Source of the DNA: a virus
Virus record (IMG/VR): IMGVR_UViG_3300015263_000599
Location: 1 to 64,000 of that record
Reading direction: 5' to 3' (one strand)
DNA: 64,000 bases
The notes under the pieces are model-generated. The model was not told the DNA's origin. It saw nothing but the letters and a program-made list of their open reading frames with translations, and ran no database searches. Of this stretch, positions 1 through 9,023 are shown in pieces. The number at the start of each line of letters is the position of its first letter. Positions within the stretch are counted from its first letter, which is position 1. A program made the position numbers and the translations under genes.

Positions 1-298
1 CATTGATGGCCTTATCGACCTGCTCTTGAAGAACACCTTTGGACTGCAAGCCAGTTGCTTGCCAGACAGACTCTCCGTCCTTCAGCAAGACAAGCTTCGG
101 GATAGATGAAACGCCGTGTTGGACGGCCAACTGTTGATTCTCATCGACGTTGACCTTCACGACCTTGACGTTCTCCAATTGTTCAAGAACTGGCCCCAGC
201 ATTCGACACGGGCCGCACCATGGAGCCCAAAAGTCTACGAGGACAAGTCCGGTTGAGGTTTCTTCAGTAAATGTTTTTTCATTGACATCGAGTGCCAT
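1..298 (-). CDS. trxA: Thioredoxin (3' end runs off window)
   Basis: Manual translation MALDVNEKTF...VDFWAPWCGPCRMLGPVLEQL...SIPKL; WCGPC active site; AGGAGG RBS upstream. Confidence 0.93.
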   Translation of the reverse strand, partial: MALDVNEKTFTEETSTGLVLVDFWAPWCGPCRMLGPVLEQLENVKVVKVNVDENQQLAVQHGVSSIPKLVLLKDGESVWQATGLQSKGVLQEQVDKAIN

Positions 299-360
299 TT
301 CGGCCTCCTTGTTGTGTTAATAGTTCAGGTAGCATACTATAATAGCGAGGGTAGTGCAAT

Positions 361-715
361 ATGATCTTTAAGAAACGCCAACCGGTCGAACGTATCTGTA
401 AAAACTGCAAGCTGTTCAACGCTCAGGCAGGCCATTGTCAGATTGTCGTTCTTTATGAAGGCCGCAGAACTCACGTCCCGATGGACCCCGAGGACGAGTG
501 CTTGTACGAAGAGGGAAAACTTCACAGACGACATTAAAGAAGTGAAATTTTGGGTCGAAAACGAACAGGGCGAGAAAACTGCTGGAGACGGGATCGTTAA
601 GATGGAGTATCCCGAGGGTTTCTTCGGTGAAAAAGACCCGTTCGATCTTGCCACAGACGAAGAGTACCAGAAATACGTCAAAGAAGTAGAAGACCAGCTT
701 GGATTAGATGGCTGA
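361..715 (+). pseudogene. Small Cys-rich hypothetical protein split by an apparent +1 frameshift (or sequencing error) near 511-518
   Basis: Frame from ATG 361 (MIFKKRQPVERICKNCKLF...ECLYEEG) continues seamlessly into ORF 443..715 (ENFTDDIKEVKFW...) if one G of GAGGGAAAAC is removed. Confidence 0.55.
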
Positions 716-947
716 TTCCCCATCCAGCGAGCCAGAAGATGCTCAGCGTTCCCAAGAGCGTAACGAACCAAGTGTAGGCAAAGACAAGAACTGCCACAGC
801 CTTCGACTCACAGTCATCCATGCTGCGCCATTCTTCTTGCATTTGATGGCAGAGCATTGCGAACGGGTACGCCATGATCAGCACTGGCACCAGAATAGCC
901 ATGACAATCGGCGTGCGTCCAAGCTCTAAAAACCATCGTCTTGCCAT
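678..947 (-). CDS. Hypothetical membrane protein (2 TM)
   Basis: Hydrophobic segments IVMAILVPVLIMAYPFAML and VLVFAYTWFVTLLGTLSIFWLAGWG; start uncertain. Confidence 0.6.
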   Translation of the reverse strand: MARRWFLELGRTPIVMAILVPVLIMAYPFAMLCHQMQEEWRSMDDCESKAVAVLVFAYTWFVTLLGTLSIFWLAGWGISHLIQAGLLLL

Positions 948-1219
948 GAGAGTCCCAGATCTTCTTGCTCCTCTTCCCAGTCGTCGTCCCAATCTCGGGC
1001 CTCCCTGTCTTCATCACGATTGTAGAACTTCTCAAGCACAATGTTCCCATTGTCGTTCTCGATCACCCGGCAGGCCGACTTCTCTGTGAGCACGGCGTTG
1101 TGGCACGAACGTATGGCGGAATCAAGCCTGTCTTCGTCGTAATGACAAAGCGGCATCCAGCCTGTCTCTGTTTGCACCTGAAGCGTGTATGGCAAGGCTG
1201 TTCTTGTGGGAATCATCAT
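926..1219 (-). CDS. Hypothetical protein, C-terminus WQDDGF
   Basis: ORF in tightly coupled operon; acidic tail. Confidence 0.75.
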   Translation of the reverse strand: MMIPTRTALPYTLQVQTETGWMPLCHYDEDRLDSAIRSCHNAVLTEKSACRVIENDNGNIVLEKFYNRDEDREARDWDDDWEEEQEDLGLSWQDDGF

Positions 1220-1497
1220 CAGAATCCTTCGTCTTTCCAGTCTCCCTTTGGCTCCTCAATCTTCTTCTTGATCATTTGAGGAGGCGTTGCATTTGCCGCT
1301 TGCGATATTTCCTCAACAGTCATGATTCGATCTTCCCATGTGTCCTTGATCTCCATCCTGACCGTGCCGTCCGGGTCATACTGACACATCCATCGCACCG
1401 CTGACTCAACCGTGCCAAACTTTGGCATCGGATACATCTCGCCGCCGATCTCAACTAAGACAACGAATCTCTCTGTGGGTGATCTTCCCCAAATCAA
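1219..1497 (-). CDS. Hypothetical protein, C-terminus WKDEGF
   Basis: ORF with overlapping start/stop junctions on both sides. Confidence 0.75.
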   Translation of the reverse strand: MIWGRSPTERFVVLVEIGGEMYPMPKFGTVESAVRWMCQYDPDGTVRMEIKDTWEDRIMTVEEISQAANATPPQMIKKKIEEPKGDWKDEGF

Positions 1498-1772
1498 AAG
1501 CCCTCCTCATGCCAATTTACTGTGACACTGGCAGCATCAGAGAGGTTCAAACAAGGGATCAAATCCTGCAAACGCTCAATCTCCACCCACTCGTCAATCG
1601 TGTTCTCGTCAATCCACCACGACAAATTCACATCCCAAATTTTGTAGTGGTAGTCAGGATGGTTTCGGTATTCCCTCAAAAGAGCCCGAAGGGCAGATAG
1701 AAAATCCGGGTAGTCTCCGACACGAGCCTGCCAGATACCATCGCCGACCTCATACAAAATGAAATTAGACAC
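1494..1772 (-). CDS. Hypothetical protein, C-terminus WHEEGF
   Basis: Probable GTG start overlapping the helicase stop. Confidence 0.7.
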   Translation of the reverse strand: MSNFILYEVGDGIWQARVGDYPDFLSALRALLREYRNHPDYHYKIWDVNLSWWIDENTIDEWVEIERLQDLIPCLNLSDAASVTVNWHEEGF

Positions 1773-3822
1773 TGATGCTCTCTTTGAGGACAATCTCCTC
1801 TGCACCTTTACGAGCTTCCTCGGCTAACTTCTTGCTGCATTTCATGATGCCTGCCAGATGTGCCGCACTGTGCTTCAGCATGTCCTCTGCGTTCTTGATT
1901 CCCGACTTCCGCAGACGTTCGCCACGGACAGCCCCGACATTGGGAATCTGACAAACTTGAACCAGTTCGGGGCCGACACCATACTGGAGTCGCAATCTGA
2001 GTGTTTTCAGCCACTCTTTGTTGTCTCCCTTATTTCCCATCGCATCCAGCGAATAGAGCACCTGCATGGTTCGATCCAAATCAAACATGAGACCGGTCTG
2101 CAACGCTTGAAACGCCGGGACGTTTCTTTTGCCCTTCAGCATGTTGAAGTAGGCATAGCCGTGCTTCACAGAACCATCATGGTGCGTGTACTCACCAAAC
2201 ATGCGGTTGATCTTGCCTTGGAACGTCGCCATCTGCTCCTTCTCATATCGATTGCAGATTGCCCAACGGTTGGAGTCCACCGCTCCGAGTGCCATGGCAA
2301 TTGCGAAATCGTCCTTCTGTTGATTCTTGTCGAACAAGTGGTAGAAGTTTCGCTTCAGATCGCTGACATCAAATGGAGAGTAGTAGTACATCGAGGCAAT
2401 GGTTCCGACGATTGTTGTCTTGTACTCTCCATCCTCGATCTTGATGGCCCGGTACTGTTCCAACAATTGGATTGTCTTCTCCAAGATCTCTTCGTTGAAC
2501 CCGATATCTTGGTAGTGGGCCAGACTACGATTGAACCACTGTTTGAACCCTTCCGGCGTCTTGATTGATCCCTGATGGATCTCACTGACAATATGGAAGG
2601 CCAGCGTCTTGTAGTGCGGACTCTTCTCTGTTCCGACGTATTCCAGAAGCGTTGAGCGAATCAACGTGTCCTTGCGGAGCATGTCAATGGTCTCTTTCTT
2701 TTGGCTCTCGGGGACCAGAATGTAGGCGTCCCCACGATCATCGTAGCGGGGTCGTCCCGCTCGACCGATCATCTGTCGGATGTCGTAGTTTTCGACGATT
2801 GAGAGCCCTCTGTGGACGCCTGTGACGATCACACGGCGAGCGGGCAGGTTGAGCCCCCAAGCCAGCGTCGAAGTAGCCACAATGACCCGGAAACTGGGAT
2901 CATTCTTGAATTTGTCTTCCAGCTTCTTGCGTTCTGCGAACTTCAGATCGGCATTGTGGAATTCAGCCTGAACGCCATAGCGACCGAGCGTCTGTACCAT
3001 CAACTGGCCGGTTCGCTTGGTGTGAACGAAGATCAAGAACTTGTCGTCTTCGTAATACTCAACGATGGCACAGGCCGTCGCCACCTTCTGCATCTCCTTG
3101 GCGTCGTAGCTTCGGTCGCCGTCGTAATACTCTTCGTAGTGGACGTTGAGCGGGCAGGGGCGATAGTCCGATTCCAAGAAGTAGGTGTCTCGCCCAGTAA
3201 GATTGCATGTCCAACCACAGATCTCGTGGACGTTCGGCATGGTGGCCGACAACAGAACAATGCGAACATCTGGGTTGATTTCGGCCATCTTCATCAAGGC
3301 GACTTCGATATGATCGCCACGGCCCGGCACCGTCAACAGATGGGATTCGTCGAAGACGATAGTGCCAACATCCTTCAAGAACGTGCTCTTCTCAGACTTG
3401 TGGTTGCGGCAGCGGCTCGCCAGCATTTCGGGAGTCATCACGATGATGTCCGACTTGTCGAGTTCTTTAATTCGCTGCGGCGTCATGCGGAAGTCGCCGG
3501 TGACGATGGCGACATCCATGTCATGGAAGTGGTGGCCGTCGTCCGTCCAATCTTGTTCTTTCTCGCTGGCAAGGGCTTTCAGGGGTCCAATGTAGGCTGC
3601 CTTGCCGCCACGGTGCCGTGTCTCATAAGCCATGTACATCTCGGCACATACGGTCTTACCGGCACTCGTGGCGGCGGCAATCGCAATGTTGCTGTCCCCA
3701 CTGTAGGTTTCCAGAAGTCGGGTCTGGACTGGATTGAACTGATCGAAGTCCCACTTGGCATACTTGTATTTGCTGATGGGAGCTAGTTTATCACAATCCT
3801 CGATCTTGATGACTTCTGGCAT
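1765..3822 (-). CDS. Ski2/Hel308-like SF2 helicase with C-terminal HhH
   Basis: FNPVQ Q-motif, ATSAGKT, DESH, LSAT, ATSTLAWGLNLPA, QMIGRAGRP, IPNVGAVR HhH. Confidence 0.92.
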   Translation of the reverse strand: MPEVIKIEDCDKLAPISKYKYAKWDFDQFNPVQTRLLETYSGDSNIAIAAATSAGKTVCAEMYMAYETRHRGGKAAYIGPLKALASEKEQDWTDDGHHFHDMDVAIVTGDFRMTPQRIKELDKSDIIVMTPEMLASRCRNHKSEKSTFLKDVGTIVFDESHLLTVPGRGDHIEVALMKMAEINPDVRIVLLSATMPNVHEICGWTCNLTGRDTYFLESDYRPCPLNVHYEEYYDGDRSYDAKEMQKVATACAIVEYYEDDKFLIFVHTKRTGQLMVQTLGRYGVQAEFHNADLKFAERKKLEDKFKNDPSFRVIVATSTLAWGLNLPARRVIVTGVHRGLSIVENYDIRQMIGRAGRPRYDDRGDAYILVPESQKKETIDMLRKDTLIRSTLLEYVGTEKSPHYKTLAFHIVSEIHQGSIKTPEGFKQWFNRSLAHYQDIGFNEEILEKTIQLLEQYRAIKIEDGEYKTTIVGTIASMYYYSPFDVSDLKRNFYHLFDKNQQKDDFAIAMALGAVDSNRWAICNRYEKEQMATFQGKINRMFGEYTHHDGSVKHGYAYFNMLKGKRNVPAFQALQTGLMFDLDRTMQVLYSLDAMGNKGDNKEWLKTLRLRLQYGVGPELVQVCQIPNVGAVRGERLRKSGIKNAEDMLKHSAAHLAGIMKCSKKLAEEARKGAEEIVLKESISV

Positions 3823-3833
3823 GGGTCAGCACC

Positions 3834-4397
3834 TTAAACATTGAACTTGTATCGGACACAACGAATCACATCCATTGCATCTTCGACAGCCGTGTGGTCA
3901 ACAGTCTTCTCGATTCCGGCTCGCTTCAAGCAATCTTCCAAGCCGGGCGGCACTTCATCGATCCGGGGATCAAAGAACATGCTCCCCGGATCGATGACTC
4001 GATGATGAAGTCGAGTCTTTGTACCAAATCCGATTGTCTTAAGGAATGGCAAATCGAAACCTGAGAAGTTTTTTCCAGCCACGACGATCTTGTCTTTCTC
4101 GCCGTAGCCTTGTTCCTGCAACCACTCAGCAAACACCTCATCCAGCAGATCTTCTGGGATGTAGCTGTAGCCGGGTTCACGTTTGGCGATGCGTTCGAAG
4201 ATGCTACTCTTCGAGTGCATAAACATCGCATACACGTCTCCCTTGTAGATATTCCTCGGCTTGGTCAAATAGCAGTGGAACGTCGGGAGATCTTTCAGTG
4301 GCGATTCGAAGTCGTCAATGACGGCTCCAAACTCAACGATGTCGCAGCAAGTTGGATCGAGACCGAGGGTCTCGATATCGATACTGACGTACCTCAT
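3834..4397 (-). CDS. DEDDh 3'-5' exonuclease
   Basis: SIDIETLG, GKNFSGFD, HTAVEDA motifs. Confidence 0.88.
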   Translation of the reverse strand: MRYVSIDIETLGLDPTCCDIVEFGAVIDDFESPLKDLPTFHCYLTKPRNIYKGDVYAMFMHSKSSIFERIAKREPGYSYIPEDLLDEVFAEWLQEQGYGEKDKIVVAGKNFSGFDLPFLKTIGFGTKTRLHHRVIDPGSMFFDPRIDEVPPGLEDCLKRAGIEKTVDHTAVEDAMDVIRCVRYKFNV

Positions 4398-4455
4398 TTC
4401 AGACTCCTTTCTGAAAGAAAAGAAGGCCGAGCGAGTGCTCGGCCTTGCGGGTAAG

Positions 4456-4716
4456 TTATGCGGCCTGCCCCTTGAGAATGAGGCCCTTCTTCCTGCATTC
4501 TCGATGTAACAGATCTCGTACTTCGTCGCACTTGTCGAACAACTCGAAGGCGGATTTCGCCGACGAAAAGATGTTGTCCATCCCCTTGTGCTTGCTCATG
4601 AAGTTGAGAGCTTCGGACAGATCGCCTGACAGGCGTTCGGTGAGTCGTTGAGTTAGCCACTTCAATTCTTCTTCAGAAATCGTGGCAGCGAACTCTACTA
4701 CAGTATTCTTGTTCAT
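4456..4716 (-). CDS. Hypothetical protein
   Basis: ORF with GGTGG RBS-like site, helical composition. Confidence 0.65.
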   Translation of the reverse strand: MNKNTVVEFAATISEEELKWLTQRLTERLSGDLSEALNFMSKHKGMDNIFSSAKSAFELFDKCDEVRDLLHRECRKKGLILKGQAA

Positions 4717-4730
4717 GATTCCACCTTTAC

Positions 4731-5066
4731 ATGGAAAACGTCATCAATCAATCGAAGTTGGAGCTTCTGCTCCAATCACACTGGGCTGAGTTCCTTGACC
4801 AGACGCAGATGTTGCGCCTTGTCTTAACGAACGCTCAGCATACCGATTACAGAATTCTTAAGCAACCGGAAATTCCTCCTAGACGGGTTTCGCTGACGAT
4901 CACACGGTTTGCGTTAGCTGGTGACGAGTTTGAGGTGTGGGCTGAGTTTTCCGTGCCGAAAGGTGATGGTGTCGTTGTCGGGACGCACGTTCTCTCTCTG
5001 AAACTCTCTGGCGAGATACGCCTTAAAGAATCGCATGGAACTCACTTTCTGCCCGAAAGTTCTTAA
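4731..5066 (+). CDS. Hypothetical protein
   Basis: 111-aa ORF filling the gap between minus-strand genes. Confidence 0.65.
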   Translation: MENVINQSKLELLLQSHWAEFLDQTQMLRLVLTNAQHTDYRILKQPEIPPRRVSLTITRFALAGDEFEVWAEFSVPKGDGVVVGTHVLSLKLSGEIRLKESHGTHFLPESS

Positions 5067-5356
5067 ACAACGTCCAACGAACGAACAAGCACGCCGTCAT
5101 CATCTAGCTCGGCGTCTTCGTAGATCAGTATATCCTTTTCGTCCTCATACCGCAATCCGAGATTGTAGCTGTCGAGCAACGTGGATTTACCATCTCTGGA
5201 GGCCACAACGTAGCAGTAATCATCAGTCTTCTTAAGCTCACCATACTTGTCTTCTTGGGTGATGCCGATTTCAATCGTGATTCCGTCTGGAAGAATCAAT
5301 TCGACGGTGCCTTGCTTGAGAAGTTGTTTGATAAGAAGGTACTGGAGTTTGTTCAT
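5063..5356 (-). CDS. Hypothetical protein
   Basis: 97-aa ORF, GAGGT RBS. Confidence 0.7.
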   Translation of the reverse strand: MNKLQYLLIKQLLKQGTVELILPDGITIEIGITQEDKYGELKKTDDYCYVVASRDGKSTLLDSYNLGLRYEDEKDILIYEDAELDDDGVLVRSLDVV

Positions 5357-5422
5357 TGTGTTACCTCACTTTTTAACGGCGTGTACGAACTGTACGCTCT
5401 ATTTATCCGCCGCACACTTAAA

Positions 5423-5863
5423 TCAGAACAAATCCGCCGTACCGGGATTGAGGATTCGAAATTCGTACCCTTCAAACTCGGCGGGTCTGCTCCTCTTCGT
5501 AGGAGGTAAAATCTGCCCTTCTATGTGTTTGACTGCCCAACAATAAACCTTCTTGTCATTCTTGAAGAAATCCACATATGCCAGCAATCCATTGCCGAAA
5601 AACATCTTCCCCAACTTGCAGATCACTGCGAACGGAAGAAACGGTGCATGGTAAGACTGGATTTGTAATGAATCCAAGAAATACTTCCCGTAGTCAGCCC
5701 GACTGAAGCAGAGTGTGACTTGATAACCATCTATGGTGACGATTCGTTGTTTAAGGCACAAAACAGCTTGTTCATCTTCGAACTCGGCTTGAGGCCAAGT
5801 GTGAGGAATGAGCATGTTCGCCATGCCCTTCATTTCCGATATGGTTTTTTCGAGTGGATTCAT
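5423..5863 (-). CDS. Hypothetical protein
   Basis: ORF MNPLEKTISEMK...; start uncertain (5863 or 5902). Confidence 0.65.
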   Translation of the reverse strand: MNPLEKTISEMKGMANMLIPHTWPQAEFEDEQAVLCLKQRIVTIDGYQVTLCFSRADYGKYFLDSLQIQSYHAPFLPFAVICKLGKMFFGNGLLAYVDFFKNDKKVYCWAVKHIEGQILPPTKRSRPAEFEGYEFRILNPGTADLF

Positions 5864-5879
5864 CTCGTGTATATACGAG

Positions 5880-6908
5880 TCAGAGAATCCACTTCCTTCC
5901 ATAGATCTTGTCTTCAGATTCATCGCTAAATTCTGTGGCATCGTACATCTCCAAGAAATTCTTCCTCGCCGCACTACGTCCTTCCTTGGACCAAACACCA
6001 TTCTCAATACGACTTTCGCCGTACCGATAAATCCTGTCCATGAACCACTCCTTCACTTGCTGGAGGCCCGGCGAGAGCGGCTGGTCAAACTTCAGCACCT
6101 TAAAAACGTCTTGTGGGTCCAGCCATAGAAGACCAGACCACGGATCGTTTTCACGGTAAGGAGAAGGCAGCGGCAAGTGCATTGTCGTGTCCACAAAGTG
6201 CAACAACAGTCGTACCCAGTTCTTTGTGATTATCGGATCGAGACATGCCATGTTCTCGGCAATCCGAAATTCAATGGCCTTCTTCCTGTTCTCATCTCGA
6301 AGCATCCCTTGGCGATAATGGTATGCGTTCATCGAGTAGTATTTGACGCCAGAGACAGCCTCGAACAAACTGTCTGGCGTGAACTCGTCATCATGTGAGA
6401 ACATGTCCGTGATGCCCAACGGTTGACAGTAGCGATTGTTTTTGCGGCTGTCTGGCATGGCATCGAGAAAAACGTGCTCACACTTGATATAGTAAGCTAT
6501 CACAGACGCCAACTGTTGATGCGACAAATCATCCACAGACACATGAACGTGCAGAGAACATCGCTCATCACAGTACGGCCATTGGCGACCTAGAGCGTCA
6601 ACGACCTTCAACAACCTTTTGAGACCCCGCCATCCTTTAAGCACAGGCGAGTTGATCTCAATCCCACAACTCATGTCATACTTTATGACCCAGACCATGT
6701 TGTTGTGGACATAATCCCACCCTTGGATTTCCACATCGTCTCCAGAAGCGTGCCTGACAATGTGACCCACCTCGTCCGAACCCGGCATGATTTCGCCGTT
6801 GCTCGTATCCGGGCGGCGAAAAAGCTCATCGCTCTTCGTGTTCAATTCCAGTTCAACACCGAATCTTCTGAGAGATTGGCAATCTAAAGGGCTATCCATA
6901 ATTTGCAA
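5880..6908 (-). CDS. Putative amidoligase (COOH-NH2 ligase / Amidoligase_2 family)
   Basis: FGVELE, EINSPVL, CSLHVHV, KYYSMN, IEFR motifs. Confidence 0.85.
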   Translation of the reverse strand: MQIMDSPLDCQSLRRFGVELELNTKSDELFRRPDTSNGEIMPGSDEVGHIVRHASGDDVEIQGWDYVHNNMVWVIKYDMSCGIEINSPVLKGWRGLKRLLKVVDALGRQWPYCDERCSLHVHVSVDDLSHQQLASVIAYYIKCEHVFLDAMPDSRKNNRYCQPLGITDMFSHDDEFTPDSLFEAVSGVKYYSMNAYHYRQGMLRDENRKKAIEFRIAENMACLDPIITKNWVRLLLHFVDTTMHLPLPSPYRENDPWSGLLWLDPQDVFKVLKFDQPLSPGLQQVKEWFMDRIYRYGESRIENGVWSKEGRSAARKNFLEMYDATEFSDESEDKIYGRKWIL

Positions 6909-6936
6909 TTTTATGTAGAATCGGCCATAATGTCAA
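6908..6936 (-). promoter_or_regulatory. sigma70-like promoter TTGACA-N17-TAAAAT, overlapping a divergent TTGCAA-N17-CATAAT
   Basis: Direct reading of the divergent intergenic region. Confidence 0.6.
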
Positions 6937-6943
6937 TTCTAAG

Positions 6944-7438
6944 ATGATGGGGAAACCACATATGAAGACATGTTTGCTTCTGAGAACCAAAGACAAGAGA
7001 AAATTTCTCACAGAAGAAGGTAATCTACCTTCTCTTATAGAATACAGCAAGACCTTCCTTGCCGAGATCTTCCGGGTCGAATACCAGCGGGGGAAGATCT
7101 TGGAACTCAAGGCCCTTGCTCTAGCCTTGTGCAAACAAGACTACCGTGAGCCCATGCAGGTCAGGAAGATCGAGAAGATCTACCCGAAACCTAAGAAGTC
7201 CCGCCAAGCGATCCTCACCAACGCTCGCAAGATCCAGACCTTTATCCGTCGCCGGTTATTGAGCGGCAAGCCACTGTCCCTCAAGGAACTGAAGGACAAG
7301 TATAGTGACATGGAAGTAACAGATGCTTGTCTCTGCAATCATCTGGCGACCGTGCGGAATGTATTGGCCGAGGAAGGCCATCAGTTCCGCAAGACGGGAG
7401 CCGGAACGTATTGTTTGGCAGACTCTACAAGACGATAA
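6944..7438 (+). CDS. Basic hypothetical protein, possible C-terminal winged helix
   Basis: LSLKELKDKY...LCNHLATVRNVLAEEGHQFRKTGAGTY pattern. Confidence 0.65.
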   Translation: MMGKPHMKTCLLLRTKDKRKFLTEEGNLPSLIEYSKTFLAEIFRVEYQRGKILELKALALALCKQDYREPMQVRKIEKIYPKPKKSRQAILTNARKIQTFIRRRLLSGKPLSLKELKDKYSDMEVTDACLCNHLATVRNVLAEEGHQFRKTGAGTYCLADSTRR

Positions 7439-7665
7439 GAAGATTGTTCGCTCGGGAGACCCGAGCCGTTCGTGGGCCTTTTGTAGACATCACCAATGAT
7501 CCTGAAGGGATCAGGTTCACTCGCTTTCCAGAATACAGACCACTGCGTATTCGCCAAGACGAGATCAGCGATGAACAAATTTTGGAATGGCTGATGGAAG
7601 GCGAAGAAAAAAGGGAGATGGCCGATCCCGACCATCTCCCTTATGATCCCCCGAAGGGTTTCTGA
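7411..7665 (+). CDS. Hypothetical protein (C-terminus PPKGF)
   Basis: Probable TTG start at 7411. Confidence 0.5.
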   Translation: MFGRLYKTIRRLFARETRAVRGPFVDITNDPEGIRFTRFPEYRPLRIRQDEISDEQILEWLMEGEEKREMADPDHLPYDPPKGF

Positions 7666-8919
7666 TCACTCATCTCCCTCATCGTCGAACTCGTCGGCCT
7701 CGAAGGGATTGCCTTCAGCGTCAAACTGAACGGTCTTCTCGCCGTATGCACCGCTCTCGGATGCTGCAAGGCCGCTGCCCCAGACATCCAGATAGTCTTG
7801 GACTTCTTGAGCGTCTTTCGCATCGATGAGCTTGGGGCAATCCAGAAGCACCTGAAGCGGGATGCGGTTGTCCGCCTTCTTCGCCTTGAAGGTGTACTTC
7901 TCTTGTCCCTCTGGCAGATAGGCTTCGGCGACCGAATAGGTGCCTTTGCCTGTGATCCGCTCTTCTTGAATCAACGGCACCAGCAATCCACTGATCGGAT
8001 CGACGCCCTGATCGAAGTACAACTTCACATCATCTGCGACCACGAATGGCCGGAACGTGCGGTTCTTGATGTTCTTCACTTGCAGGTTGATGCCAGAGAA
8101 GATTCCCAGATCACGATGCTCGATCTTCTTCTTCGACGCTGTGCGGAATCGCAGAGAAGCGTAGAACTTCATGGCGTTGCCGCCCGGTGTGGTTTCCGGG
8201 TTGCCATACATGACGCCGATCTTGTCACGGGTCTGGTTGATGATGTAGCAGGTGATGTTCTTCTTCACCACTTCTGCTTGCAGCTTTCTCAGTTCCGCCG
8301 AGATCACCTTCGCTCGCTCGCCGGGCTGCTCTTTCGCCCCCACGAGTTTCTTCCATTCAGTGACGGTGAAGTCCAGCGGAAGATTGTTTTCACGAAGTTC
8401 TCGTTCGCACGGCGGAACCGTCAAAGAGTCGAACACAACGACGATGGGTTTGTGAACCACATCCGTCTTCTGTAACTTTGCCAGTTCAATTTCACGCTCA
8501 CGGATCTTGTTGGCCGCAACATGAATTTGCCGGAACGCTCGTTCCAAGCTGGGAGGCGTGTAGCGAATCACACGCTTCAAGTTCAGATGGCTGACACGCT
8601 CCATGAACTCCCCGTTCGAGGCGTTTTCGCAGTCCAGCAGGATGCACCATGCGTCGATACGCTGGGCTCCATAAAGGACGTTCGAACCGAAGAGCGACTT
8701 TCCTGAAGCTTCCGGGCCGAAGGCTTCTGTGATTCGGCCACCGGGAATGCCGCCGTTAATGAATCGGCCTGAACAAGAGTAGTTCACGGCCAAGTTGCCT
8801 GTGTCGATGTAGAAATCGACAGTCTCAAGCTGATCGAGGACATCGCCGCCTGTGTCTGCTGCCAGATCGGCGTACACGTCGTCCATATTGATGTCGTCTG
8901 TTGCCTTTTTGCGGGCCAT
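7666..8919 (-). CDS. uvsX: RecA/UvsX-like recombinase
   Basis: GIPGGRITEAFGPEASGKS, VVFDSL, INQTRDKIGVMYGNPETTPGGNAMKFYASLR. Confidence 0.95.
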   Translation of the reverse strand: MARKKATDDINMDDVYADLAADTGGDVLDQLETVDFYIDTGNLAVNYSCSGRFINGGIPGGRITEAFGPEASGKSLFGSNVLYGAQRIDAWCILLDCENASNGEFMERVSHLNLKRVIRYTPPSLERAFRQIHVAANKIREREIELAKLQKTDVVHKPIVVVFDSLTVPPCERELRENNLPLDFTVTEWKKLVGAKEQPGERAKVISAELRKLQAEVVKKNITCYIINQTRDKIGVMYGNPETTPGGNAMKFYASLRFRTASKKKIEHRDLGIFSGINLQVKNIKNRTFRPFVVADDVKLYFDQGVDPISGLLVPLIQEERITGKGTYSVAEAYLPEGQEKYTFKAKKADNRIPLQVLLDCPKLIDAKDAQEVQDYLDVWGSGLAASESGAYGEKTVQFDAEGNPFEADEFDDEGDE

Positions 8920-8979
8920 TGGTCAATCTCCTGTTCTGTGGATTCGATTTCTCCTTTCTTGTAAAGGAGGCGCAGAAAA

Positions 8980-9008
8980 TAGGGTGCCCCGACCATCGGG
9001 GCACCCTT
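8980..9008 (-). terminator. GC-rich hairpin between SSB and uvsX
   Basis: AGGGTGCCCCG...CGGGGCACCCT inverted repeat. Confidence 0.6.
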
Positions 9009-9023
9009 GTCTCTCAGGAAGGT

